From Desulfomicrobium sp. (lineage in GTDB: Bacteria; Desulfobacterota; Desulfovibrionia; Desulfovibrionales; Desulfomicrobiaceae): 64,000 nucleotides of DNA. Under the pieces are notes generated by a model that was not told the origin of the DNA, ran no database searches, and saw only the letters and a list, made by a program, of their open reading frames with translations. The position numbers and the translations under genes are program-made. The stretch spans positions 864,001 to 928,000 of the forward strand of contig JAXGMI010000001.1 in assembly GCA_040768745.1 (NCBI GenBank), written 5' to 3'. Below are positions 19,753 to 29,239 of the stretch, piece by piece. Within the stretch, counting starts at the first letter, position 1. Each line of letters opens with the position of its first letter.

Positions 19753-20747
19753 ACCTCGCCTTCAGCGCCTCCCGCATGATCGGATCGCGGGTATTGATCA
19801 TCGGGGACATCATGCTCGATCAGTACCAGAAGGGGGTGGTGGAACGCATCTCCCCGGAAGCGCCCGTGCCCATCGTCAAAGTCACGGAGCAGATTTTCAG
19901 GATCGGCGGGGCTGGGAACGTTGCCCAGAACGTCGCCATGCTCGGGGGGAAACCGACCCTGATCGGCATCTGCGGCAACGACCTGTACGGGGAAAATCTG
20001 GAGACAATCTGCTCCGAACTCGGGGTGGATGCCCGCCTTCTGCGTTCCGATGCGCGGGAAACGACCCTGAAGACCAGGATCATGGCCGCACACCAGCAGA
20101 TGCTGCGGGTGGACAGAGAGTCCAACAAACCCCTTGCCGAAGCCGAGTATGCACGCCTGCTGGAAAAGGTCGACGCGCAGGTGGACAACTTCGAGGTCAT
20201 CATCCTCTCCGATTACGGAAAAGGCGTCATCTCGGAACAGTTCCTGGCGTGGTTCAGCCAACGCAGAAAAAAAGGGCAGAAGGTCGTCCTCGATCCCAAA
20301 ACGTGCAATTTCCCCTTCTACTCCGACCTCTACTGCATGACGCCCAACACCAAAGAGGCCGCGGAAGGGATGAAGATTCCCATCGCGGGCCGGGACGACA
20401 TCATCGAGGCAGGAAAACGCATCATTGCCGGTCACAAACTGGAAACCCTGGTCATCACCCTCGGTGCCGAAGGCATGGCCGTGTTCCTGCCCGGACACGG
20501 GATCTTCCATCTGCCCACCATGGCCAGAAAGGTTTTTGACGTGACGGGAGCGGGTGACACGGTCATCGCAGTCGTCTCCCTGGGGCTCAGCTCGGGCCTC
20601 GACCTGCTCACATCGAGCATTCTGGCCAACTGCGCGGCGGGGATCGTAGTCGGGCACGTCGGAGCCGTGGGCATCACGCAGGAAGAACTGACAGGGGTCC
20701 TCGGCTCGTGGACCACTGTCCATCATGAAAAATGGGCCGACCTCTGA
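19749..20747 (+). CDS. rfaE1: D-glycero-beta-D-manno-heptose-7-phosphate kinase (HldE domain I)
   Basis: GDIMLDQY, RISPEAPVP, SDYGKG and DVTGAGDTV motifs. Confidence 0.92.
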   Translation: MNLAFSASRMIGSRVLIIGDIMLDQYQKGVVERISPEAPVPIVKVTEQIFRIGGAGNVAQNVAMLGGKPTLIGICGNDLYGENLETICSELGVDARLLRSDARETTLKTRIMAAHQQMLRVDRESNKPLAEAEYARLLEKVDAQVDNFEVIILSDYGKGVISEQFLAWFSQRRKKGQKVVLDPKTCNFPFYSDLYCMTPNTKEAAEGMKIPIAGRDDIIEAGKRIIAGHKLETLVITLGAEGMAVFLPGHGIFHLPTMARKVFDVTGAGDTVIAVVSLGLSSGLDLLTSSILANCAAGIVVGHVGAVGITQEELTGVLGSWTTVHHEKWADL

Positions 20748-20823
20748 GCCGGCCACCCGTCACAGGACTGCCTGCAGCCACCCTCCGGTCGTCGGCTGTG
20801 CAGGGCGCATGCGGTTCAGATCG

Positions 20824-21372
20824 TCAGAGGCTGCATTCTCCGCCGCAGCACGGGCCGCCAAGCCCGTCGTAGGCCATGTGGATGCGGCGCTCCCGGTCCA
20901 GGCGCTCTCCCGCGAGGGGCGCAAAGGTGTTCTGATCCGCCAGTGCTGCAAGATCCTCCCACAGCGGCACGGCGTGAAAGCCCTCACCCAACAGCCTGCC
21001 GTTTCCCGCTGCATGGAGTTGCAGGTCCATGGAGTCGGTGACCGCAACCAAGGGAAACGGCGCAGGGAGATGGATGCGCGCCACGGCCAGGCTTTCGCGC
21101 ACAAAAGTTCCCACCTCCCCGGGGCAGAAAAACAGGGCCAGCAACGGGTCCCCCTTCTCGGAAAAGACAGCGATGTCGATACGGGCCGCCTTCTGCACTC
21201 CCCCCACCTCGTATGTCGCCTCATATTTGGGACGGATGACCGCCTTGGGATATTTCCTGTCTTCAACCAACATCCGGGCCAGGGCCTGGCGAAGATCCTC
21301 ATACGTGGTGTCCATGATTTCCTGGCCGGAAATGTAGTCCGTGATGACACGGTTCAGACTGACTTCGTGCAT
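20824..21372 (-). CDS. Protein resembling the type I restriction enzyme HsdR N-terminal (PD-(D/E)xK-like) domain, probably inactive
   Basis: EDLRQ.LAR.LV....YPK..I and RIDIAV pattern; strong GGAGGAGG RBS; Cys-rich tail. Confidence 0.6.
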   Translation of the reverse strand: MHEVSLNRVITDYISGQEIMDTTYEDLRQALARMLVEDRKYPKAVIRPKYEATYEVGGVQKAARIDIAVFSEKGDPLLALFFCPGEVGTFVRESLAVARIHLPAPFPLVAVTDSMDLQLHAAGNGRLLGEGFHAVPLWEDLAALADQNTFAPLAGERLDRERRIHMAYDGLGGPCCGGECSL

Positions 21373-21498
21373 ATCGCCTCCTCCGGTTCACCATATCCCA
21401 GTAAGTGCGAATACGTCGCCGGCAAGGGCCGCGGCAAGAGATAATCTTCTGACGAAGGCATGTGGGATTCCGGACGGTCCGCCCTGAGGCCAAGACCA

Positions 21499-23991
21499 TC
21501 ACGCATACAGGCTGCACACCAGAAACCGCAGCGAATTCTGCAGTTCAGGCAGCTCGGATTCCGGGATCTTTTCCCCGCCCATGCGGACATGAAAGATGTC
21601 CATGGCCTTGTCCTTCTGGGTGGCGATCTTGGCGAAAACGAGATCGATGCCCAGGCGGTAGAGGCACAGCGACACCGTGGCCAGCAAGCCTGGCACATCG
21701 GGGGCCTGCAGGGACAGGACGGTGTGGAAATCGGAGGCCTCGTTGTCGAGGTGGACCTGAACCAGATCCTCGTCGAGGGCGAAGACCTTCTTCAGGCGGG
21801 GAGCGACCTGCACGGGAAGGCGGTCCAGCCCGGACTCGTCGGCCATGAGGCGGGCGAGGCTGGACCGGAACATGGCCATGGTGTCGTCGGCATAGAGGAG
21901 ATCCAGGGGTTCGGTGACCCAGAACACGTCGACCACCGTCCGGTCGTCCCAGACGCACAGTTCGGCGCCGAGGACGGATAGAGCGTGCCGGGCCAGGGCC
22001 GCGCAAACCCTGGCGAAGAGGCCGGGCCTGTCGCGGGAGATCAGGGTGACGCGAAAGCAGCCGTTTTTGGGGCGATGCTCCCAGACCAGGTGAAAACCGT
22101 CGGTACCACCCTGGCTCGCGAAAGAGCGGACAAGGTCGACGTGCTCAAGGATACGGCGCGGGCTGGTCTGCATGAGGTAACGCGGCGGCATGACCGCGAG
22201 GAAGGCCTCGAACTCCTGCACGGAACAGTGATCGGGGCGGGACGAGCGCAGGCTGTCGCGCAGGCGGCTCAACCTGTGGACCTTGTTCTCGTCGGCCAGG
22301 AAGCCGTGATCGAGGACCTTGCGCGTCTTGAAATATGTCTCGCGCAGGAGGTTCTCGACCCAAGGGTTCCAGGCCTTGGGCCCGGTGGCGATGGAATCGG
22401 CCCAGGTCAGAAGCGTCAGGGCATCGAGGCGGGCGACGGTGCCCAATGTGGCGGCAAGCCCGTGAATGACTGACTCCTCGCCCAGGTCGCGACGCGTGGC
22501 GGTGTGGACCAGCAGGAGGTGGTATTCGATGAGGAAGGCGCATTCGCGGCACAACTCGTCGTCGTAGCCCAGACGTTCGAGAATGCGGCGGGACATCTCC
22601 GCCCCACGCACGGCGTGGTCGGCTTCCGCCTTGCCGATGTCGTGCAGCAGGGCGGCCCAGCGCAGACAGGGGACGTCGCGGAGCGGAAAAAGAACGTCAC
22701 CCAGAAATTCATTGCCGAATTCGAAGAAGGCGAGTTGGCGAACCGTTTCGACCATGTGCGGACCTACGGGGAGCAGGTGGTAGGCGTCGAACTGCACCAA
22801 ATGCTCCACATCGGTGAACTCCGGCAGGAACCGGTTCAGAAAGCCCACCTCAAGCATCTGACCGAGAACGTGCGGCGCAAGAGGTCCGCAGAGGATGTCG
22901 GCAAAGCGCGGGGCCACGGCTCGCTGCCAGCCCGTGTCGGTGTCGAGGGACGGGAAGCGCGCCTGGATGATCCGCCGCGTCTGCCAGCCGATGGGCACGC
23001 CCGTCTGTGCGCTGTGGCGGAAAAGTTCCAGAATGTTGGCCGGGTCCGCGACCAGAACGGAAAAATCGAGCCCCACTTCGGTAAGGCCCCCGCCGTCCCG
23101 GCCGGGGACGTTCGCGGCGGCAAGAGCGTGGTTCAGGCAGAGCCGGCAGAAGAGCGCGATCTCGGTCATGGCCTTGTGCAGGTCCGACAGGAAGAGCTCT
23201 ACGGCCCCCCGCTCCTGCGCCGCACCGTAACCGAGCCTCCGGGCCAGATCGGGCTGCATCTCCAGGTGCAGGATGTCGTTCTTGCGCCCGCTGGCCCGAT
23301 GCAGCGCGACCCTCGCACGGGCCAGCAGTTCGGCGCTCGCGGCCAGGGCGGTCCGCTCAGAAAGCTGGAGAAAATCCCCCCTCTTGTCCGGAAACGGCTC
23401 CGTCAGTTCCAGCCAGCGCATGGTCTGAAGGTCCCGCTGTCCCCCCCTGCCGTCCTTCAGGTTCGGGGCGAGAAGCCGCTCGCCTTGGCGGCGATGACGC
23501 TCCTCGTGTCGGCCGTTCAGCCAGCGGACCAGTTCGTCACGACCGGGCGTGAGCAGCCGCTCGCGGACGGCGCTCCGAAAGGCGTCGAACTCGGCCTGCG
23601 GCCCGAAGAGAAGCCTGGCGTCGAGGAGGGAGCACAGCACTTCGAAGTCGCTGGCGGCCAGTTCGAGGGTTTCGGCGACGGTCCTGACGCCGTGCCCCAC
23701 GTCGAAACCGCTGTCCCAGAGAGGGTGGAAAAGAGCTTCGGCCAGGGCTTGCGTATCGGTGGAGCCGGCCTCGGGCAGGCAGACCAGCAGGTCGATGTCG
23801 GAGTGCGGGTAGAGCTCCCCCCGGCCGTAGCCACCCAGGGCCACGACCAGCGACGAGCCGAAAAGCGGTCGATCTTTCTCGCAGATCTGCTCAATCCACA
23901 GATCCATCTGCCCCGAAAACCATGCCGGGGAGAGATCCCCCTCCCCGGCATGGTAGCGGTCTCGCGCCTGGCGCAACAATTCGATGTTCAT
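21499..23991 (-). CDS. glnD: [Protein-PII] uridylyltransferase GlnD
   Basis: ALGGYGRGELYPHSDIDL, NLKDGRGG.RD and HD motif LLHDIGK, plus two ACT domains (DRPGLF, DVPGLL). Confidence 0.93.
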   Translation of the reverse strand: MNIELLRQARDRYHAGEGDLSPAWFSGQMDLWIEQICEKDRPLFGSSLVVALGGYGRGELYPHSDIDLLVCLPEAGSTDTQALAEALFHPLWDSGFDVGHGVRTVAETLELAASDFEVLCSLLDARLLFGPQAEFDAFRSAVRERLLTPGRDELVRWLNGRHEERHRRQGERLLAPNLKDGRGGQRDLQTMRWLELTEPFPDKRGDFLQLSERTALAASAELLARARVALHRASGRKNDILHLEMQPDLARRLGYGAAQERGAVELFLSDLHKAMTEIALFCRLCLNHALAAANVPGRDGGGLTEVGLDFSVLVADPANILELFRHSAQTGVPIGWQTRRIIQARFPSLDTDTGWQRAVAPRFADILCGPLAPHVLGQMLEVGFLNRFLPEFTDVEHLVQFDAYHLLPVGPHMVETVRQLAFFEFGNEFLGDVLFPLRDVPCLRWAALLHDIGKAEADHAVRGAEMSRRILERLGYDDELCRECAFLIEYHLLLVHTATRRDLGEESVIHGLAATLGTVARLDALTLLTWADSIATGPKAWNPWVENLLRETYFKTRKVLDHGFLADENKVHRLSRLRDSLRSSRPDHCSVQEFEAFLAVMPPRYLMQTSPRRILEHVDLVRSFASQGGTDGFHLVWEHRPKNGCFRVTLISRDRPGLFARVCAALARHALSVLGAELCVWDDRTVVDVFWVTEPLDLLYADDTMAMFRSSLARLMADESGLDRLPVQVAPRLKKVFALDEDLVQVHLDNEASDFHTVLSLQAPDVPGLLATVSLCLYRLGIDLVFAKIATQKDKAMDIFHVRMGGEKIPESELPELQNSLRFLVCSLYA

Positions 23992-24025
23992 GGGAAAAAT
24001 CAGGGCGGCCGAAGCCGCCCCTTCC

Positions 24026-24364
24026 TTACAGGGCCGATGCGCCGGATTCGCCGGTGCGGATGCGGATGGCGTTGTCGATGGTGGAGACGAAGATCTTGCC
24101 GTCGCCGATCTTGCCGGTCTTGGCCGCCTGCTGGATGGCGTCAAGGGCCTGATCCAGCAGGTCGTCGTCGATGACGATCTCGATCTTGACCTTGGACACG
24201 AAATCGACCTGGTATTCCGCTCCGCGATAGACTTCCTTGTGCCCGCGCTGACGCCCGAAGCCCTTGACCTCGGTCACGGTCATGCCCTGGATGCCGATGC
24301 CCGTCAGGGCCTCCTTGATCTCGTCCAGCTTGTAGGGCCTGGTGATTATTTCGACTCGTTTCAT
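24026..24364 (-). CDS. glnK: Nitrogen regulatory protein P-II (GlnK-type, downstream of amtB)
   Basis: [16 protein letters not shown] and [11 protein letters not shown] motifs; 112 aa. Confidence 0.93.
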   Translation of the reverse strand: MKRVEIITRPYKLDEIKEALTGIGIQGMTVTEVKGFGRQRGHKEVYRGAEYQVDFVSKVKIEIVIDDDLLDQALDAIQQAAKTGKIGDGKIFVSTIDNAIRIRTGESGASAL

Positions 24365-24387
24365 GATTCCTCCAAAATGGTGGGCTG

Positions 24388-25605
24388 TTAGGCCTGATAG
24401 GCCGATTCGCTGTGCATGGCCACATCCAGGCCGGCCTCTTCCTCTTCGTCGCTCACGCGCAGCGGCACGATGACGCTGATGACCTTGAGCAGAACATAGG
24501 AGACGATGAATGAAAAGGCGCAGGTCGCGACGACGGAGACGAACTGAATCCAGAGCTGTCCGGGGTTGCCGTAAAAAAGACCGTTGAACCCCGCCGGGTT
24601 GATGCCCTGGTTGGCAAAGAGGCCGGTGGCCAGGGCGCCCCAGATGCCGCCCACACCGTGGATGCCGACCACGTCAAGGCTGTCGTCGTAGCCGAAACGG
24701 GATTTCAGGCTGACGCCGAAGTTGCAGAAGATGCCGGCGCCGAGGCCGATGACGATCGAAGGCATGATGCCGACAAAACCGGCCGCCGGGGTGATGGCCA
24801 CCAGGCCTGCCACGGCGCCCGAGGCCGCGCCGAGGGTGGTGGGCTTGCCGTGGAACTTCCATTCCACGAAGGTCCAGGCCAGCATGGCCGTGGCGGCCGC
24901 GACGTGGGTGGTCACGAAGGCGTTGCCGGCCAGGCCGTTGGCGGCCAGGGCGCTGCCCGCGTTGAAGCCGAACCAGCCGAACCACAGCAGAGCCGTGCCG
25001 ATCATGGTCATGGGCAGGTTGTGGGGCAGGAAGGAGCGCTTGCCCCAGCCCTTGCGCTTGCCGATGACCAGGGCCGCGGCCAAGGCCGCGCTGGCGGAGC
25101 TCATGTGCACGACGGCGCCGCCCGCGAAGTCGAGGGCCCCCATCTTGGCCATCCAGCCGCCGCCCCAGACCCAGTGGCACAGGGGGGCGTAGACGAAAGT
25201 ACACCACAGGACGATGAAGATGAGGAAGGCCGAGAAGCGCATGCGATCGGCAAAAGCGCCTGTGATCAGGGCCGGCGTGATGATGGCGAACATGCACTGA
25301 AAGATCATGAAGACCATGTGCGGCAGGTTCGTGGCGATGGTCGCGTGGGGCTCCATGCCGACGCCGTCCATGCCGATGAAGTCAAGACCGCCGATGAGGC
25401 CGTTGATGTCCGTGCCGAAGGACAGGGAGTAGCCCCAGAACAGCCAGACCAGGGAGATGACCCCCAAGGCGGCGAAGCTCTGCATCATGGTGCCGAGCGC
25501 GTTTTTGGACCGGGTCATGCCCGCGTAGAACAGGGCCAGCCCCGGAGTCATGAACATGACCAGGGCGGCGCAAACGATGATAAAAGCGGTATCTGTCGGA
25601 TTCAC
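24388..25605 (-). CDS. amtB: Ammonium transporter
   Basis: [29 protein letters not shown] and [11 protein letters not shown] motifs; GTG start after GGAGG. Confidence 0.96.
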   Translation of the reverse strand: MNPTDTAFIIVCAALVMFMTPGLALFYAGMTRSKNALGTMMQSFAALGVISLVWLFWGYSLSFGTDINGLIGGLDFIGMDGVGMEPHATIATNLPHMVFMIFQCMFAIITPALITGAFADRMRFSAFLIFIVLWCTFVYAPLCHWVWGGGWMAKMGALDFAGGAVVHMSSASAALAAALVIGKRKGWGKRSFLPHNLPMTMIGTALLWFGWFGFNAGSALAANGLAGNAFVTTHVAAATAMLAWTFVEWKFHGKPTTLGAASGAVAGLVAITPAAGFVGIMPSIVIGLGAGIFCNFGVSLKSRFGYDDSLDVVGIHGVGGIWGALATGLFANQGINPAGFNGLFYGNPGQLWIQFVSVVATCAFSFIVSYVLLKVISVIVPLRVSDEEEEAGLDVAMHSESAYQA

Positions 25606-25632
25606 AAAGCACCTCCATTTTTGTCGGGCTTG

Positions 25633-25649
25633 AGCAAGGACGGTGCCAA
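25633..25649 (-). promoter_or_regulatory. Sigma-54 promoter of amtB-glnK-glnD
   Basis: Minus strand reads TTGGCACC-GTCC-TTGCT, a near-consensus -24/-12 element about 28 bp upstream of the start. Confidence 0.85.
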
Positions 25650-26203
25650 GGAATAACACTGTTTGATTTCAGGATATTAAGACAGCAATGCCGACAAATG
25701 GCAAACGCCGAAGATACAATTTCGTGCACCCGGAACGGCACAATGTCGTTTTTTGTCAAATATGACTGGTAATACTGAAGCCAGAATTGTCGGAATCAAC
25801 AGTTTCGTCGTAGCGGAAATAGCCCAAGACAAAAAATCAGAAAACAATCACCTTAAAGGGTGCTTCAGGATGAAAAAAATTCTGAACCGGAGCCTGGAGA
25901 CCGCAAAAAATCAAATTTCTCGTTTGAAAATATGGCAGGGACCAGAAAGAAAACCAAAATGAACGGCAAAAACTCATATCAAAATTGACAAAATCAACAT
26001 CAATATGAAAATATTGAATATAACAAACAAAATCATGAAAAGTTAGCAACAAAGCGTTAATCATGACTGAAAAATGACGATATTATACATAAATGTTATT
26101 TACAGTTAAAAAAATAGAAATAAAAATCACTAAATTAACAAATACCGAAAACCATCATGGAGGCAAAACTAATTAAATCAAATAAATCGGACCATTACGC
26201 ATG

Positions 26204-26220
26204 TTGGCACTGACCATGCT
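26204..26220 (+). promoter_or_regulatory. Sigma-54 promoter facing a truncated ORF
   Basis: TTGGCACT-GACC-ATGCT (GG-N10-GC) at the right end of the AT-rich spacer, followed by GGAGG and ATG at 26258. Confidence 0.6.
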
Positions 26221-26257
26221 CTGGCTGGGTATCAACAACACCATCACGGAGGTCAAC

Positions 26258-26362
26258 ATGCACGAGGACAAACAACAAACAACCGCCCTGCTCACCCAGC
26301 CGGCCGAATGTTTGACGCACATGGCGCAGCGCAGGTTGCACAGGGTGGCCAGTTCCACGTAA
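26258..26362 (+). pseudogene. 5' stub of a deleted gene (MHEDKQQTTALL...)
   Basis: Perfect GGAGG RBS and ATG, but after about 13 codons it runs into the antisense radical SAM remnant and stops at 34 aa. Confidence 0.4.
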
Positions 26363-26394
26363 AGCTTGCGGGGGGCTGAAGGCATCGACGGCAT
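26293..26394 (-). pseudogene. 5' remnant of a radical SAM gene
   Basis: PRKLYVELATLCNLRCAMCVKH contains the CxxxCxxC motif; similarity ends a few codons later. Confidence 0.7.
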
Positions 26395-26450
26395 GCAGGC
26401 TTTTTTGAACAGCGCGCGATCCGCGTCAATAGCCCAGAATGACCCAGGGT

Positions 26451-27899
26451 TCACGACCCGGCCGGCAGCATGCCGTGCACCAGGCTCCCCAGCCCCTCCA
26501 CCCCGCGGGCCAGCTTCTCGTTCCAGGGGTTGCCGGTGTTCAGGCGGATGCAGTTTGCGAAGCGGTCCTGGGTGGAGAAGATGGTCCCGGGCGCGATGCT
26601 GATGCCCTGTTCCCGGGCCTGGTACATGAGTTCCACGGAATCAACACCCCGGGGCAGTTCCACCCACAGCACGCCCCCGCCCTCGGGCCGGCTGACCCGG
26701 GTCCCCCCGGGAAAGGTGCGGCTGATGTGGAGCTGCATGGCCTGGGTCTGCTCCAGGAGCCTGCGCCGCAGGGCCCGCAGGTGACGCTCGTACCGCCCTT
26801 CCTGCAGGAACATGGCCACCGCCTCCTGGGTGGGGGTGGCGGTGCAGACGTTGGTGGTGGCCTTCACGCTGTAGGCCTGGGCGCGGAATCGGCCGGGCAT
26901 GATCCATCCGATGCGGTACCCCGGGCACAAGGTCTTGGAAAAGGACGAGCAGAGGATGACCAGCCCCTGGGTGTCGAACATCTTGAAAACCGTGGGCCGG
27001 CTCGGCCCGAAATACAGGTCCCCGGCCACGTCGTCCTCGATGAGAGGGATCTGCCTTTGGGCCAGCAGGCTGACGACCTCTTTCTTGGCCTTGTCCGGGG
27101 TGAGGGAACCGTCGGGGTTGTTGAAATTGGGCGTGAAAATGCAGGCCCGGATGTCGAACCGGCTGAGGGCCCGTTCCACGTCCGACGGGTCCACCCCATG
27201 CCTGGGATGGGACGGGATCTCGATGGAGCGCACCCCCTGGTTCTCGAGCAGCTGCTGGAAGCAGAAATAGGAAGGGGCCTGGATGAGCACGTTGTCACCG
27301 GGCCGGACCAGACTGCGCACGGCCACGTGCAGGGCTTCCATCGCCCCGCAGGTGATGATGATCTCCTCGGGTCGGACGTCGAGCCCGGCCTGAGCCGCAC
27401 GCAGGGACAACTGTCGGCGCAGGGACAGGCTTCCCTCCACCGGCAGGTACCCGACCTGGCTCCGCGAATCCTCCCGCGCCATCCGGGCCGCAACCCTGGC
27501 CAATTCACGATGGGGCAGCAGCTCCTCGGCCGGGCAGTTGATGCCCAGGGGCAGCAGCTCCCTGTCCCCCACGGATTCGAGCACCGCGGCAATGAGCTGG
27601 CTGCGATTGATGGTGTGGGGGCGCAGCACGGGACGGGGGGTGCGCGGAGGAGGCGGCAGCTCCTGCGCGTCCCGGCGGACAAAAAATCCGGAACGGGGCC
27701 GGGACTCGATGACTCCCTTGCGTTCCAGCTCGGCATAGGCCTGCAACACCGTGCTCACGGCCACCCGGCTGCGGGCGCTGACATGGCGCAGGGACGGCAG
27801 CCGCGTGCCGGGTCCCAGGGTGCCCGAGGCGATCTGCTGCAGAAGGTGCTGCTCGATCTGACGGTATCTGAAATCTTCCACGGTCTTATCCTCACGCAT
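26451..27899 (-). CDS. MocR/GabR-family (GntR wHTH + PLP aminotransferase-like) transcriptional regulator
   Basis: RLPSLR..S....VAVSTVLQAYAELE, SRPRSGFFV, IEDD and SFSKTLCPGYRIGW motifs. Confidence 0.93.
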   Translation of the reverse strand: MREDKTVEDFRYRQIEQHLLQQIASGTLGPGTRLPSLRHVSARSRVAVSTVLQAYAELERKGVIESRPRSGFFVRRDAQELPPPPRTPRPVLRPHTINRSQLIAAVLESVGDRELLPLGINCPAEELLPHRELARVAARMAREDSRSQVGYLPVEGSLSLRRQLSLRAAQAGLDVRPEEIIITCGAMEALHVAVRSLVRPGDNVLIQAPSYFCFQQLLENQGVRSIEIPSHPRHGVDPSDVERALSRFDIRACIFTPNFNNPDGSLTPDKAKKEVVSLLAQRQIPLIEDDVAGDLYFGPSRPTVFKMFDTQGLVILCSSFSKTLCPGYRIGWIMPGRFRAQAYSVKATTNVCTATPTQEAVAMFLQEGRYERHLRALRRRLLEQTQAMQLHISRTFPGGTRVSRPEGGGVLWVELPRGVDSVELMYQAREQGISIAPGTIFSTQDRFANCIRLNTGNPWNEKLARGVEGLGSLVHGMLPAGS

Positions 27900-28113
27900 G
27901 GCGCCAAGGTGCATCGATTGCTGCCAACGATGCGGCTGTTTTCAGCGCAGTGTGTATCTCCGGAAATTACGTGAGATACAATCAAAGGCATGGATTCCCT
28001 TCCCCCGACGCCAACCAAACCCCCGCTCGAGCTCCCGCCCGAACGCCTTTTCTCTTCACATCTTCGTTTCTTCGCGCCCTTCCTGCCAAATCGTTCGATC
28101 CGCTGACTCGCAA

Positions 28114-28163
28114 TCTGTTATGGTCAAAATTTATGCAAACTGTATCTGTACCGCAAACAGTTT
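28114..28163. promoter_or_regulatory. Putative MocR operator
   Basis: Direct CTGT repeats (CTGTTATGG, CTGTATCTGTA) plus inverted AAACTGT/ACAGTTT in the divergent spacer. Confidence 0.5.
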
Positions 28164-28197
28164 TTGACTAGGGTACGGCCCGAGAGGATAATCGATT

Positions 28198-28920
28198 ATG
28201 AACAGCGCCACCCTTCCCGCCGCCAACCGCACCGAGTCCCCCCTGGCCTCGGCCTTCCGGCAGGCCCTGCCCATCATCCTGGGCTATGTGCCCGTGGGCT
28301 TCGCCTACGGGGTTCTGGCCCAGAAATCGGGATTGTCGGGCATCAACACCGTGCTCATGAGCGTGCTGGTCTTTGCCGGTTCTGCCCAGCTCATCGCTGT
28401 GGGACTTTTTGCCGCCGCGGCCTCCCCTCTGACCATCGTGGCCACGACCTTCATCGTCAACCTGCGCCACCTGCTCATGTCCGCAGCCCTGGCCCCGTAT
28501 CTGCGCAAGTGGAGCAAGCCCCAGCTGGCCCTTTTCTCCTATGAGATGACCGACGAGACCTTCGCCCTGCACGCCGGACGCTTCGCCAAGGGCGAGACCG
28601 CGCCGCTGGAGACTTTCGGGATCAACGTCATCGCCCAGAGCGCCTGGGTCGGAGGGACGGTCCTGGGGCTGGCCGCCAGCACCCTCATCACCGACGTGAA
28701 GCCCATCGGCCTGGACTACGCCCTGCCGGCCATGTTCATCGCCCTGCTCCTGGGCCAGCTCAAGTCCCGGCTGCACCTCCTGGTGGCCGTGACCGCAGGG
28801 GCCCTTTCCACCGTCCTGATGCTCGCGGGCCTGAGTCAGTCCCATGTCCTGGCCGCGACCATCCTCGCCGCAACCCTCGGCCTCGGAGCGCACGCATGGA
28901 CCAAGAGACGATCTTCCTGA
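28198..28920 (+). CDS. azlC: AzlC-family branched-chain amino acid export permease
   Basis: LPIILGYVPVGFAYG, VFAGSAQ, VNLRHLLMS and TDETFA motifs. Confidence 0.9.
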   Translation: MNSATLPAANRTESPLASAFRQALPIILGYVPVGFAYGVLAQKSGLSGINTVLMSVLVFAGSAQLIAVGLFAAAASPLTIVATTFIVNLRHLLMSAALAPYLRKWSKPQLALFSYEMTDETFALHAGRFAKGETAPLETFGINVIAQSAWVGGTVLGLAASTLITDVKPIGLDYALPAMFIALLLGQLKSRLHLLVAVTAGALSTVLMLAGLSQSHVLAATILAATLGLGAHAWTKRRSS

Positions 28921-29222
28921 CCATCCTCGGCATGATGGCCGTGACCTACATCCCCCGGGCCCTGCCCGTCCTGGCCTTGGCCCGGCGGACCCTCCCGGAG
29001 CCGGTCATCCGCTGGCTGGGCTTCATCCCCGTGGCCGTGCTCTCAGCCATGCTTGTGCCCTCGCTCCTGGCCCCGGAAAAAATCCTGGATTTTTCCCTCC
29101 GCAACATCTTCCTGTGGGCGGCCGTGCCGACCTTCCTGGTCTGCTGGAAGACCAGAAGTTTCGTCGGGGCCGTGGTCACGGGCATGGGCTGCGTGGCCCT
29201 GGGCAGACTCTTTCTCACCTGA
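28896..29222 (+). CDS. azlD: AzlD-family membrane protein
   Basis: ILGMMAVTYIPRALP and FIPVAVLSAM motifs; overlaps azlC. Confidence 0.88.
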   Translation: MDQETIFLTILGMMAVTYIPRALPVLALARRTLPEPVIRWLGFIPVAVLSAMLVPSLLAPEKILDFSLRNIFLWAAVPTFLVCWKTRSFVGAVVTGMGCVALGRLFLT

Positions 29223-29239
29223 ACCCGCAAGGAGCCTCC

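Noticed and set aside
12732..20747. Split hldE (rfaE2 and rfaE1 about 6.5 kb apart) as a novelty
   Set aside because: Separate kinase and adenylyltransferase genes are common outside enterobacteria.
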